Assembly (NCBI GenBank): GCA_963695095.1
Contig: CAVOFT010000001.1
Span: 576,001-640,000, forward strand
DNA from: an uncultured bacterium
GTDB taxonomy: Bacteria > Krumholzibacteriota > Krumholzibacteriia > JACNKJ01
Length of the DNA stretch: 64,000 nucleotides
Direction of reading: 5' to 3'
A model generated the notes under the pieces. That model saw only the letters and a program-made list of their open reading frames with translations, had not been told where the DNA came from and made no database searches. Within the stretch, counting starts at the first letter, position 1, and the number at the start of each line of letters is the position of its first letter. The position numbers and the translations under genes are program-made. Below are positions 46,301 to 55,277 of the stretch, in pieces.

Positions 46301-47429
46301 ACACCCGGCCCTCATCCGTGAAGCTGTCGTCATAGAAGGGCTGACCCACGACCACATCGTCATAGCCGTCGCCGTTGACGTCGCCGGCCGAGGCGGCGCA
46401 CTGCCCGTAGTTGGCGTAGTTCTGTTCGCCATAGCCGTACCAGTCCCAATCGGTGTCCAGCCCGGCGGGGCCGCCCAGATAGAGCCAGACCCGGCCGCGC
46501 GCGGGACCGCCGCTGGCGTAGCGGGGCGCGCAGACGAGCACGTCGCTGTAGCCATCGCCGTCGACGTCACCCGCGGTGGCCACGCAGTAGCCGAAGGGCG
46601 TGTTGCCCTGATAGCCGTCCACGCTCCAGTCGGGCGTGTCCATCAGGGGGTCCACTGTCACTGGATAGACCGCACCGCTGTCGTCGATGCGCAGAAGGAT
46701 GCCGCCGTCGGCAAGAGCCAGCTCGCCCGGCAGCTCGCGCCCAGTGCTATCCCAGGCCAGGAGCTTGCTGTAACGCAGCGCGAGGCTGCCGTCGGCGTCG
46801 GCGAAGATGATGGCCTCGTCCCCCTGCGGCCGGGGTTCGAGATCGCCGGCAAGCGCGCCGAGAATGCAAAGGTCGCCGGCGCCTTCCGGCCGCTCGGAAA
46901 TCGTGAAGCCCTGCTCGAGGCCGGCCGCCGTGTTCTCGTACCACTCCGTGATGCCTTCGCGCAGGTACTCGACGCGACGCGCGGCGCAGGCAGGTGCCGT
47001 GCGCTCTGCCGGCTGCAGATGGCCTTCCCGGCCCCAGCCCGCGAGCTGCCAGGACCAGCTCCAATCGGCCACCCGCGAATCGCGGTGGCGGATCTCGATG
47101 CCGGCATCGTGGAAGGTGCTGCGGAGATTCTGGGCCCGGTTGGGCGCCTGCGGACCGGTCTCGCCGGGCGAGATCTCGTACTCCGCCATGGCCAACCTGT
47201 GATTGACCTCGCTCCACCAGCTCGGGTCCACGCCGGGCGGAAGCACCGCCCCGATATCGGACTCAGCGAGCGCTGTGCTGAACCGGGCTGGCCGGGTCTC
47301 GCCGCTCGCCGGCGCCGACAGGTCCCGAGAGTCCGTGCTGACGAGGAACGCCAGGCCGAGCACCATGGCCGAGATGAGCTGCGCAACCACCGGATGCCGG
47401 GCCGCGCGCAGCATGGAACTGCGTGTCAT
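43320..47429 (-). CDS. FG-GAP/integrin-alpha repeat protein (14 repeats) with FlgD-Ig/T9SS-type CTD
   Basis: GGAGG then ATG 47429; 14 GD(V/I/F)(N/D/S)(G/A)DG(Y/F) motifs, most followed by V(G/C)AP-like ends; YPNPFNPQTT...WDGRDAQG...KLLLVR; intact frame. Confidence 0.9.
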   Translation of the reverse strand: MTRSSMLRAARHPVVAQLISAMVLGLAFLVSTDSRDLSAPASGETRPARFSTALAESDIGAVLPPGVDPSWWSEVNHRLAMAEYEISPGETGPQAPNRAQNLRSTFHDAGIEIRHRDSRVADWSWSWQLAGWGREGHLQPAERTAPACAARRVEYLREGITEWYENTAAGLEQGFTISERPEGAGDLCILGALAGDLEPRPQGDEAIIFADADGSLALRYSKLLAWDSTGRELPGELALADGGILLRIDDSGAVYPVTVDPLMDTPDWSVDGYQGNTPFGYCVATAGDVDGDGYSDVLVCAPRYASGGPARGRVWLYLGGPAGLDTDWDWYGYGEQNYANYGQCAASAGDVNGDGYDDVVVGQPFYDDSFTDEGRVYVYYGGADGLPWTANWTRNGGAASADFGLSVASAGDVNADGFADVIVGADNAQNGQTQEGLAYVFHGGASGLAAGWSWRGESNEDHSGFGHCVATAGDVNGDGYDDVIVGAPSYNLGGVYGHAYVFHGSASGVQNPAAWHLGLAEYGSFGYSVATAGDVSGDGYSDVLVGAHSWSGDIDLEGRACLFEGSASGLPLDPSWTDEGGQNNSAYGWCVATAGDINADGYSDVLVTAKEYNGDYVDQGRVYLYMGNYSGLGADPVWIYDGAQTEAWCGWSAAAAGDVNGDGFGDIILGIPDQIVDGYEIGRVVGFYGGRSGPRTQAGWVTESNQTSAHYGGSLACVGDVNGDGYSDVLVGASGFDNGQVDEGAVFLYLGSHQGLSAVFSWYAEGNQAGAALGVSIAGAGDVNGDGFPEAIVGAPGYTNSVSDEGAAFIWFAGSPYGNPANASWSAFSGQAASDFGFAVAGGGDFDGDGYADVIVGAPYYDAGQTNEGAVFVYLGSESGPSPSHDWFHGADFANAEYGLSVAAAGDFNGDGFSDVFVGAPKYYVGESQEGWAFIYLGSAEGPVGGPPWWSCKSNQAVARLGEAVAYAGDVNGDGFSDILVGAPRWDSAYSNSGQALLWLGQATAPPSGDPTNADWSTIRGQSDAWWGYTVASAGDVNGDGYSDILVGSPYCDSDAGANSGMAALWFGSASGIVGGAAAWIAEGQQAECYFAWRVATAGDVNGDGFADIMVGARSYDAGQTDEGRAFLYYGNDSRGLSRKPQQWRNDLSAPVAPLGLTGDPHEFVVSAHGRSAIGRSRVRLEYEIKPFGTPFDGTNTVLGDWTATGAISGPIGSFAALGELVSGLTQGVAYHWRLRVHTDDPFFPCSPWVTLPDNAAAEADLRTAPAGTAVSDLPATARALQLSIYPNPFNPQTTLSYQLPTRARVHLRLYDVQGRLLRVLVDGMRDAGAHTESWDGRDAQGRALGSGVYFARLDAEGWEASCKLLLVR

Positions 47430-47750
47430 GATCCGCCTCCCTATCACTATGAGCCCTAGCGTAGGACGCGCGAGTCCGGCGGGAATCACAGTGGGCGGCG
47501 GCCGCATGTCATGTGCATTACGGAGGCGTTTCTTCTCGCGATCGTAATCCGCACTGTTACATGTGAGCGACAGCGCGGCGATTTCGGCGCGGTCCCCATT
47601 GGCAAGAGTCGATGCGGCCTCTAGACTCATGTCGGGAATGGGACGGGTCGACGACGGGACCTCATCCTACCGGACCCTCTTGCCGCAAGCCCGCGCTGGA
47701 TCCGTCCAGGCTGCCCGCTGCTCCAGCGGGCAAGCGACAGGAGGGACTCC

Positions 47751-49187
47751 ATGTCGAAGCGTTTGCTCACTCTCTTGCTTGCGACCTTCACGCTGCTGGC
47801 CCTGAGTTGCTCTGAACTCGAGCAGCCGGCGCCGCTGGCGCCCACCGGCGATGCATCGATCGCCGGCATCGACACCGAAGGCCTCGCCTGGGCCTTCGTC
47901 GGTGAGGCCGGCTGGGAGCCGGCGATCACGCGGGATCCGGCGAAGACCATCCCCAGCGACGGCGGCGAGAGCCTGCTCTGGAGCTTCCAGCGCGAGGTGA
48001 TCGCCAGCAATGTCGTCCACTACAGCGCCATCGTGCGCACGGGTCCGGGGCCCTACGACCACATCGGCATCCACCGCGTGGTGAAGGAGATGCGGCCCTT
48101 CCGGCCCATCCGCACGGCCAAGGCGCTCTTCCTGCTCCACGGTGACCTCAAGGACTTCGAGGGGATGTGGCTGCCGGGGCAGTTCTCGACGAACCTGCCC
48201 GACGACTTCGGCCTGGCGGCCTACCTGGCCCAGGAGGGCGTCGACGTCTGGGGCATCACGCAGGGCTGGAACTTCGTGCCCGGGGATATGACGGACTACT
48301 CCTTCTACGCCGATTGGGGACTGCAGAAGGAGATGGACCACCTGTCGATCGGACTCGCCATCGCCCGGCTCAGCCGCTGGATCAGCGGCGACGGCCTCGA
48401 CAAGATGCTGCTGCTCGGCTACAGCAGTGGTTCGGCGACCGGATACTCCCTGCTCAACGAGGAGTCCCAGCGGCCCGCGGCGCTGCGCCAGGTGAAGGGC
48501 TTCATTGCGGCGGACCTCGGTGTGCGCAGCGATGATCCCGTCTGGCTCGAGACGGGGGCAGGATTCCTGGACTTCTACCAGGGGCTCTACGATGCAGGGG
48601 AGTACGCAGACGTTCTCATCCTGAGGGATGCGGCGCTGCTGGCGAAGAGCGATCCCGATGGGGATTCGCCCTACTTTCCGGGGCTCACGAATCTCCAGCT
48701 CGCGCTGTTCTATGCCGGCGGCCTGATCTTCGCCCCCTCTGAGGCGCACTATCATGCTCCGGTGCTCGAGAACGGCTTCCCGGTCGATCTGCAGTTCGCC
48801 ACGATCCCGCAGTGGCTGGACTTCATGGAAAACACGGCGGCCTCAGAGCCGATGCTCTTCGAGGCAGAGTACTGCGCCCTCTTGGCAGGTCTCGACTCGC
48901 CCTTCGTGGCCCACCTTGGCGACGTCACGGTGCCGGTCTTCGATATTGGCGGTGGCGGGGGAGTCGCGCCTTACACCGCGGCCACCGTGGACTACCTGGG
49001 CAGCAGCGACATCACGCAGCTCTACGTGTCGACGAATCCCGAGCGCATGCTGGACTACGGCCACATCGACATCTTCACGGGCTACAACGCGCCCGAGCTG
49101 GTCTGGGCACCCATCCGCGACTGGGTGGTGGCGCATTCCCCGGCCGGCCGGGAGGCGGTATCGACCCTCGCCGCCATGGAGGAGTAG
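47751..49187 (+). CDS. Alpha/beta-hydrolase-fold lipoprotein
   Basis: AGGAGG RBS; lipobox LALSC; LFLLHG; nucleophile elbow GYSSG; C-terminal DYGHIDIF. Confidence 0.75.
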   Translation: MSKRLLTLLLATFTLLALSCSELEQPAPLAPTGDASIAGIDTEGLAWAFVGEAGWEPAITRDPAKTIPSDGGESLLWSFQREVIASNVVHYSAIVRTGPGPYDHIGIHRVVKEMRPFRPIRTAKALFLLHGDLKDFEGMWLPGQFSTNLPDDFGLAAYLAQEGVDVWGITQGWNFVPGDMTDYSFYADWGLQKEMDHLSIGLAIARLSRWISGDGLDKMLLLGYSSGSATGYSLLNEESQRPAALRQVKGFIAADLGVRSDDPVWLETGAGFLDFYQGLYDAGEYADVLILRDAALLAKSDPDGDSPYFPGLTNLQLALFYAGGLIFAPSEAHYHAPVLENGFPVDLQFATIPQWLDFMENTAASEPMLFEAEYCALLAGLDSPFVAHLGDVTVPVFDIGGGGGVAPYTAATVDYLGSSDITQLYVSTNPERMLDYGHIDIFTGYNAPELVWAPIRDWVVAHSPAGREAVSTLAAMEE

Positions 49188-49232
49188 GGCGACCGCTGGA
49201 AACGGACCCGCCTCTCAGTCAGCACGGCTTCC

Positions 49233-49261
49233 GGCGCCCCGCTCCCAACGAGCGGGGCGCC
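49233..49261 (+). terminator. GC-rich hairpin after the hydrolase gene
   Basis: GGCGCCCCGCTC-CCAAC-GAGCGGGGCGCC, a 12-bp stem with no strong U tail. Confidence 0.5.
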
Positions 49262-49316
49262 CTCACATTCACGATGACAGCGGGGCGGCCCGCTGCCTAT
49301 TGTCTCCCCATGGGAG

Positions 49317-49982
49317 GTGCAGGCGATGTACTTCAGCACCGACGAAGAGCGCCGCATCCAGGCAGCTGCCGAGCAGCTCGAGGCGAAGACCGGCGTGCAG
49401 GTCCTCGCTGCGATCATCGGCAAGGCCGACCACTACCCCGAAGTGCCCTGGAAGGCCTTCGCCCTGGCCGCGTCCCTCGCGGCGCTGGGGCTCATCGTGC
49501 AGGCGGCGCTCGATCCGCCCTGGCTCGCGCCGATCCACGCGGCCTTCTACGCCCTGCTCGTGCTCGGCGTGGGAGCGGCGGCGGCTCTGGCGGCCATCTC
49601 GTGGCCCTCGCTGGCCCGGCGGCTCGCCGGCTCCCTTCGCCTGCAGGCCGAGGTGGAGCAGTACGCGCGCGCCTTCTTCCTCGAGCGGGAGCTGTTCCGC
49701 ACGCGCGAGCGCAGGGGCATCCTGCTCCTGCTCAGCCTTTTCGAGCGCAAGGTGGTCATCCTGCCCGACAGCGGCGCCGCCGCCCGCCTGGGCGATGCGG
49801 AGCTGGCGCAGGTGCTCGGCGCCATCACCCCGCCCCTTGCCCGCGGCGCGCGCTGCGAGGCGCTGATGGCGGGGCTGGCGGCGCTCGAGGCCGCGCTGCT
49901 GGCCGCCGGCTTCCGGGGCGCGCCGGGCGGGCCGGATGAGATTCCGCCCGAGCTGGTCCAGGATAAGGGGGTGCAGCGGTGA
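49317..49982 (+). CDS. TPM-domain membrane protein
   Basis: RIQAAAEQLEAKTG; ARAFFLERELFRTRERRGILLLLSLFERKVVILPDSG. Confidence 0.8.
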   Translation: MQAMYFSTDEERRIQAAAEQLEAKTGVQVLAAIIGKADHYPEVPWKAFALAASLAALGLIVQAALDPPWLAPIHAAFYALLVLGVGAAAALAAISWPSLARRLAGSLRLQAEVEQYARAFFLERELFRTRERRGILLLLSLFERKVVILPDSGAAARLGDAELAQVLGAITPPLARGARCEALMAGLAALEAALLAAGFRGAPGGPDEIPPELVQDKGVQR

Positions 49983-50953
49983 GCGCCCGGGCGCGGACGC
50001 GCCGCGCGCTGCCCATCCTGCTCGCCGCCCTGCTGATGGCGGCGGCCCTGCCGATCCGCGCCGCCGTGGACCTGCCCTATCTCACGGGCCGCCTCGTCGA
50101 CACGGCGGAGATCCTGAGCCCCGGCGCGCACGAGCAGATCACCGCGCTGCTCAGGACGCACGAAGAGCAGAGCAGCGACCAGATCGCCGTGCTCACCCTG
50201 CCCACCCTCGAGGACGAGAGCATCGAGGACTTCGCCGAGCGCGTCTTCGCGGCCTGGCGGCTGGGCCAGACGGGCCGGGACAACGGCGTGCTCCTCGTCA
50301 TCGCCGCCGAGGACCGGCGAATGCGCATCGAGGTGGGCTACGGGCTGGAAGAGCAGCTCACCGACCTCGCCGCCGGCCGCATCATCCGCAACGTGATGAC
50401 GCCGCGCTTCCGCGAGGCGGACTACGACGGCGGCGTCGAGGCCGGCGTCAGCGCCATCATCGCGGTGCTGGCGGGGGAAGGCGAGCCGCCCGGCGACGGC
50501 GCGGCGGAGAGCCGGCCCTCGGGCTTCAACCTGGAGGGCCCGGACATGTCGATCATGGAGCGCGTGCTCATCGGCGCCTTCATCTTCGGCATCATCGGCC
50601 TCTTCACCGTGCTCGGCGTGCTGACGCCCAGCGGCGGCTGGTTCCTCTACCCCTTCCTGATCCCCTTCTGGGCCACCTTCCCGATCGCCGTGGTCGGCGT
50701 GAAGGGCGCCTTCGTCCTCTTCATCGCCTACCTGGTGGGCTTCCCGATCGCCAAGGTCCTGGTCTCGCGCTCGGCCTGGTACGGCAAGGCGGGCCGCGAT
50801 CTCAAGACCAAGGGCAAGGCGCGCATCGGCGGCTTCACCTTCGGCGGCAGCAGCTCGGGCGGCAGCTCGCGGAGTTCCTGGAGCTCGGGCAGCAGCAGCT
50901 TCTCGGGCGGCGGCGGCAGCTCCGGGGGCGGCGGGGCTTCCGGGAGCTGGTAA
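49979..50953 (+). CDS. TPM-domain (YgcG-like) protein with Gly/Ser-rich tail
   Basis: QIAVLTLPTLEDESIEDFA..W.LGQ..DNGVLLVIA..DRRMRIEVGYGLE; FSGGGGSSGGGGASGSW. Confidence 0.9.
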   Translation: MSARARTRRALPILLAALLMAAALPIRAAVDLPYLTGRLVDTAEILSPGAHEQITALLRTHEEQSSDQIAVLTLPTLEDESIEDFAERVFAAWRLGQTGRDNGVLLVIAAEDRRMRIEVGYGLEEQLTDLAAGRIIRNVMTPRFREADYDGGVEAGVSAIIAVLAGEGEPPGDGAAESRPSGFNLEGPDMSIMERVLIGAFIFGIIGLFTVLGVLTPSGGWFLYPFLIPFWATFPIAVVGVKGAFVLFIAYLVGFPIAKVLVSRSAWYGKAGRDLKTKGKARIGGFTFGGSSSGGSSRSSWSSGSSSFSGGGGSSGGGGASGSW

Positions 50954-51016
50954 GGGCTGGCGCCAAGGGCCGCGCCCATCGCCGACAAGTTAAAAATAGT
51001 GCAAGCCCTGGACTTG

Positions 51017-51045
51017 TTGACAGGCGCTACGCTTCGAAACATAAT
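51017..51045 (+). promoter_or_regulatory. Near-consensus sigma-70 promoter
   Basis: TTGACA-N17-CATAAT with AT-rich upstream (TTAAAAATAGT). Confidence 0.7.
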
Positions 51046-51131
51046 GAATGGGCTCAGGGTTTCGCGAGTCGAAGGCGAGCGCTGCCGCGGCCGTCTTCAA
51101 ATCACCCCATCAACAACCCGAGGTGTAGGAA

Positions 51132-52793
51132 GTGAGCGTTGGCAAGGCGTTGCTCGTGGCCGCACTCCTGGTGCTGGCCGCGGCCTCCGGTTGCGGAGAC
51201 GGCTCGGATCCTAGTTCTCCATCCGACAGCCAGAATGTGGCTACCGAACCGGGCCAGGCCGAGACCGCAACCATCGGTTCGGATGGGGGGACGCTGAGCG
51301 CCACCTCCAGCGCCGGGATCGTCTACACGCTGACGGTGCCCCCCGACGGCCTCGCTGTGCCGCAGACGATCACCCTCACCCCCGTGACGGCAATCGCCAA
51401 CCTGACCCTCGCCGGCGGCCTGGTGGGAGGCGTGGACCTTGAGCCGAGCGGCCTGGTGCTCGATGCCCCGGCAACCCTGACGATCTCCGCCAACACGGTT
51501 CCGCCCGCGGGGCAGCTGGCGATCGCCATCGGCTACGCAGGCGATGCCGCCGCGATCATGCCAGCGTTCCACCGCCACGAGGCGGGAGTCTGGACGCTCC
51601 CCATCTCGCACTTCAGCGGCGCCGCCATGGGCTTCGGAACCACCCAGGATCTGGCCACGCTGGTCGGTGTCGTCGCACAGGGCGGCTCGGCGACCTTCAT
51701 CGCGCAGCTCGTGGCCGCGCTCAGCCTGACGCCTCGCGACGGGCGCACCGAACTCGATCTCTTCGTGAGCTGGTTCCAGACCGTCCTGCTCCCGCAGATC
51801 GAGCAGGCAAGCAATGATCAGGAGCTGCACCTGGCCATCAGCCAGCTGCAGCACTGGGCCGAGTGCATTCCCCTTGCCGAGACCTGCACGATCCTCACGG
51901 GCTCGCCGAGCTGCGCCGAAGCGCTGGACCCGCTGCATGCGGCCGCGCGCGACGCCCTCGCGCCCCAGATTCGAACTGCGATCTTTGGTAACAACGAGGT
52001 GTGCGCCGGTCAGGAGAGTCTGGCAGCGCTGCTGAACGTCCTGTTCTGGCAGCGCCAGGCCGAGCACTTCGGCATCGCCACGGCTGAAAATCAGCTCGAC
52101 CTGGATTCAATCCTGGCGGGGATCTGCGCAAAGCCGGTGCTGGAGTCCTTCGTCCTCGCCGATCCGCTCAGCGCGGGCTTCCCATACTCTCTCGATCTGA
52201 ATCTGGCGCTGCGCTTCGGTGAGCATGCCGAGGCCCAGGCCATGCCGTTCGCGGTCGACCTCTCGGCCATGAATGCCACCTTGCAGCACCCGACCGGCTT
52301 CACGAACGCGCAGGGATTCTACACCACGGTCATCACCGCCGACGGAAACGGCCCGATCACGGTCACCGGTCAGGCTTGCCTGGTCCTGCCGGGATTGACG
52401 CAGCCGTCGCCGATCTGCGGAAACATCGCGATCGAAGGCCGCGCACTCGACTTGACGGGCACGTGGGAGGGGACCCTCTTCGACACGCGTACCAGCCCCC
52501 AGGGGGAGGTCGAGCACTTCGTCGTGCCGGTGATCGTGACGCTGGCGCAGAATCAGAACGCGATCTCGGGAAGCTACGCAGCCCAGGGCGGCGGGGCCGG
52601 AGGCGTCTCGGCGACCCTCAGCGGCGGGGAGCTCCTCAACTACACGCTCTCGCAGACCGCCCCTTGCGCAGGCAGCTTCGTCGGCCAGGCCACGGTTTCA
52701 TTCGACGGCAACACCATCGAGGCCGGCTTCAACGGGTCGAGCTGCATGGGAACGCACGTGGGGACGTCCACTGTGACGCGGAGCTCCCCCTAG
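51132..52793 (+). CDS. Lipoprotein with ZU5-like domain (HFS motif), helical middle region and C-terminal beta domains
   Basis: Lipobox AASGC; IGSDGGTL..LTVPPDGL..TITLTP..VDLEPSGLVLDAPATLTI..ISHFS. Confidence 0.65.
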   Translation: MSVGKALLVAALLVLAAASGCGDGSDPSSPSDSQNVATEPGQAETATIGSDGGTLSATSSAGIVYTLTVPPDGLAVPQTITLTPVTAIANLTLAGGLVGGVDLEPSGLVLDAPATLTISANTVPPAGQLAIAIGYAGDAAAIMPAFHRHEAGVWTLPISHFSGAAMGFGTTQDLATLVGVVAQGGSATFIAQLVAALSLTPRDGRTELDLFVSWFQTVLLPQIEQASNDQELHLAISQLQHWAECIPLAETCTILTGSPSCAEALDPLHAAARDALAPQIRTAIFGNNEVCAGQESLAALLNVLFWQRQAEHFGIATAENQLDLDSILAGICAKPVLESFVLADPLSAGFPYSLDLNLALRFGEHAEAQAMPFAVDLSAMNATLQHPTGFTNAQGFYTTVITADGNGPITVTGQACLVLPGLTQPSPICGNIAIEGRALDLTGTWEGTLFDTRTSPQGEVEHFVVPVIVTLAQNQNAISGSYAAQGGGAGGVSATLSGGELLNYTLSQTAPCAGSFVGQATVSFDGNTIEAGFNGSSCMGTHVGTSTVTRSSP

Positions 52794-52910
52794 GCAGTTT
52801 CGCTGAGGGCGCAGGAGTGGCAGCCGAAGCCCGGGCGGCCAGTTAGCGCCTCCGGGCGCTCTATGTCCCCCCGACCGCGAAGATTCAGGACGGGGGTTGG
52901 CTGTTTCGGC

Positions 52911-52942
52911 TTGCATTGTAAGTAACTGGTTACTTACAATGC
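52911..52942 (+). promoter_or_regulatory. Sigma-70 promoter overlapped by a perfect 14-bp inverted repeat (TetR operator)
   Basis: GCATTGTAAGTAAC-TG-GTTACTTACAATGC (52913-52942); -35 TTGCAT at 52911 and -10 TACAAT at 52935. Confidence 0.85.
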
Positions 52943-52946
52943 TGCC

Positions 52947-53600
52947 ATGTCCTCAGTCCCCAGAAAGCCGACCGCCGACCGCCGCCGCGAAATCGTGGCC
53001 GCCGTGCTGCACATCCTCGGCGAGCGCGGGCTCACGGCGCTGTCAACGACGGCTCTCGCCAAGGAAATCGGCTTGAGCACGGGCGCGCTCTTCCGGCATT
53101 TCGACTCCCGGGAGGCGATCCTCCGCGAGACGGTCCGCCACGCGGAGGCCGAGATCGAGGCGACCTATCCCGACTCAAGCCTGGCTCCCCGCGCCCGCCT
53201 GGCGGCCTTCGCCGCTGCCCGCGTGAAGCTGCTGCGCGCGAATCCCGGCCTGTCCTGGCTCCTGCGCACCGATCAGGCCCACCTGGCGCTGCCCGGGGAC
53301 GCGGCCGCGTCGCTGCAGGCCTTCGTCCAGCGTTCCCGCGCCTACCTGCTCGATCTGCTGGAGGCGGGCCGGGCCGCGGGAGATTTCCGCGACGACCTGC
53401 CGGCGAAGACCTTGCTCGTCCCGGTGCTCGGCACCATCCACGCGCTCTGCAATCCCCGGCTGGGCCTCGGCCCCGGGGCCGAGGATGGCCCCGATCGGGT
53501 CATTGCCGCCCTCGTCTCGCTGCTCGCCCCGACCGGGGAAGGCAGAGTCTCTATGCTTGACGAGCCCATCGAACCGACATCAACCTACCGGAGAGAAGGA
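52947..53600 (+). CDS. TetR/AcrR-family transcriptional regulator (reads in frame into ric in this sequence)
   Basis: RRREIVAAVLHILGERGLTALSTTALAKEIGLSTGALFRHFDSREAI HTH. Confidence 0.9.
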
Positions 53601-54278
53601 ATGATCACCGACATCAACAGCGATCTCAGCGTTGGCCGCATCGCCACCGAGCATCCCCTCGCGACGCGCGTCTTCGCGCGCCACGACATCGACTTCTGCT
53701 GCGGAGGCGGCGCCTCCCTGCAGGAGGCCTGCGCCAAGCGCGGCCTCGAAGCCGACGCGGTGCTCGCGGAGATCGAGAAGGAACTCGCCGCGACGGAGAC
53801 ATCGGCGCGCCGCTGGGACGATGCGCCCCTCGACGCGCTCATCGACCACATCCTGGCGACCTATCACGCGTCGCTCCGCGAGGAGATGCCCCGCCTCGAC
53901 GGCATGGCCCGCAAGGTACTGGAAGTCCATGGCGAGAAAATGCCCGCGAAGTTGAGCGAACTGGCGGCGGTGTTCGCCGGCCTGAAGCAGGAGCTGGAGA
54001 TGCACATGCTCAAGGAGGAGCAGATCCTCTTCCCGGCCATCAAGCAGGGCCATGGCGCCGCGGTCGGCGGCCCGATTGCCGTGATGGAGGCGGAGCACGA
54101 GAGTGCGGGGGCGGCGCTGCGCCGGCTGCGCGAGCTCACGGACGGCTACCAGGTGCCGGCGGAGGCCTGCAACACCTGGACCGCACTCTGGCACGGCCTT
54201 GCCGCCTTCGAGCGGGACCTGCACGAGCACATCCACCTCGAGAACAACATCCTGTTTCCCCGGGCGCTGGCCGGCTAG
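53601..54278 (+). CDS. ric: Iron-sulfur cluster repair di-iron protein Ric/YtfE/ScdA
   Basis: HDIDFCCGGG; LIDHILATYH; HMLKEEQILFP; MEAEHE; ACNTW; HEHIHLENNILFP; own RBS GAGAAGGA. Confidence 0.92.
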   Translation: MITDINSDLSVGRIATEHPLATRVFARHDIDFCCGGGASLQEACAKRGLEADAVLAEIEKELAATETSARRWDDAPLDALIDHILATYHASLREEMPRLDGMARKVLEVHGEKMPAKLSELAAVFAGLKQELEMHMLKEEQILFPAIKQGHGAAVGGPIAVMEAEHESAGAALRRLRELTDGYQVPAEACNTWTALWHGLAAFERDLHEHIHLENNILFPRALAG

Positions 54279-54326
54279 CGCCCGACGGCGAGGGGCGGGC
54301 GCTGCCGCGCCCGCCATCGAAAGGAG

Positions 54327-55277
54327 ATGGCCTCGATGACTGCACCGAACGCCAGAAACCTGAAGGTTCGCGCCGTGCGGATCTGCTCTCCTCGCCGATC
54401 CCCCCGCGGCCCGGCGCTCGCTCTCGCCTGTGCCCTCGCACTGCTTGCCGGGCAGGCCATGGCCCAGGTCTCCGACCGGGACTACTTCCGCACCAACTGC
54501 GCCGTCTGCCACACCATCGGCGGCGGCCGGCTGATCGGTCCGGACCTGGCCGGCGTCGAGACGCGACAGGAGCGCGCGTGGCTGGTCGAGTTCATCGTCG
54601 ACCCGCAGTCGAAGCTCGGCACCGGCGACCCCTATGCCCTCAAGCTGCTCGCGGAGGCGAACAACGTGCCCATGGTGGCGGCGCCCGGCATCACCGCCGA
54701 GCGGGCTCGCGCGTTGCTGGATCTCGTCGCCCTCGAGGTCAGCTCCGGCGGCACGGACTTCGCCGGTCCCAAGCAGCTCCGCGAGGCGACCGCGGCCGAC
54801 CTCGCCCTCGGCGAGCAGCTCTTCAGCGGCCGGAGCCGGCTCGCCGCCGGCGGGCCGGCCTGCATTGGCTGCCACACGGTCACCGGCCTCGGCGGCTTGG
54901 GCGGGGGCCGGCTGGGACCGGATCTCACCCAGGTGAACGATCGCCTGGGCGGCGCTGCGGGTCTGACGGCCTGGCTGCAGGCCCCGCCGACGGCCCAGAT
55001 GCAGGCGACCTTCGGCAATCGCCCCTTCAGCGAGGACGAGGTGATCGCGCTCGCCGCCTACCTCACGGGCGTTGCGGGGCGCCCCGAGAGCTCGATCCTG
55101 GCGGGGATGAACGCCAGCGCTTTCCTCTTCATGGGCGCCCTGGGGGCGTTGGCAATCCTGGTCATCTTTGGTGGAGCCTGGTCCGGGCGCCTGCGCGGCG
55201 TCAGGCACGGGCTGGTGCGGCGGGCGCGCAAGAACCCAAAGCGAGTCGGACTGAACGCTGGAGGGCAGCATGGCTAG
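54327..55277 (+). CDS. Membrane-anchored dihaem cytochrome c (NarC-like subunit)
   Basis: Signal peptide; CAVCH and CIGCH haem motifs, each followed by GPDL; C-terminal TM helix; overlaps the narG start. Confidence 0.85.
   Translation: MASMTAPNARNLKVRAVRICSPRRSPRGPALALACALALLAGQAMAQVSDRDYFRTNCAVCHTIGGGRLIGPDLAGVETRQERAWLVEFIVDPQSKLGTGDPYALKLLAEANNVPMVAAPGITAERARALLDLVALEVSSGGTDFAGPKQLREATAADLALGEQLFSGRSRLAAGGPACIGCHTVTGLGGLGGGRLGPDLTQVNDRLGGAAGLTAWLQAPPTAQMQATFGNRPFSEDEVIALAAYLTGVAGRPESSILAGMNASAFLFMGALGALAILVIFGGAWSGRLRGVRHGLVRRARKNPKRVGLNAGGQHG

Noticed and set aside
44100..46600. Recurring DNA motif (TAGCCGTCGCCGTTGACGTCGCCGGC) resembling a CRISPR or repeat array
   Set aside because: These are degenerate codons of FG-GAP protein repeats about 180 nt apart inside an intact ORF; there are no cas genes.
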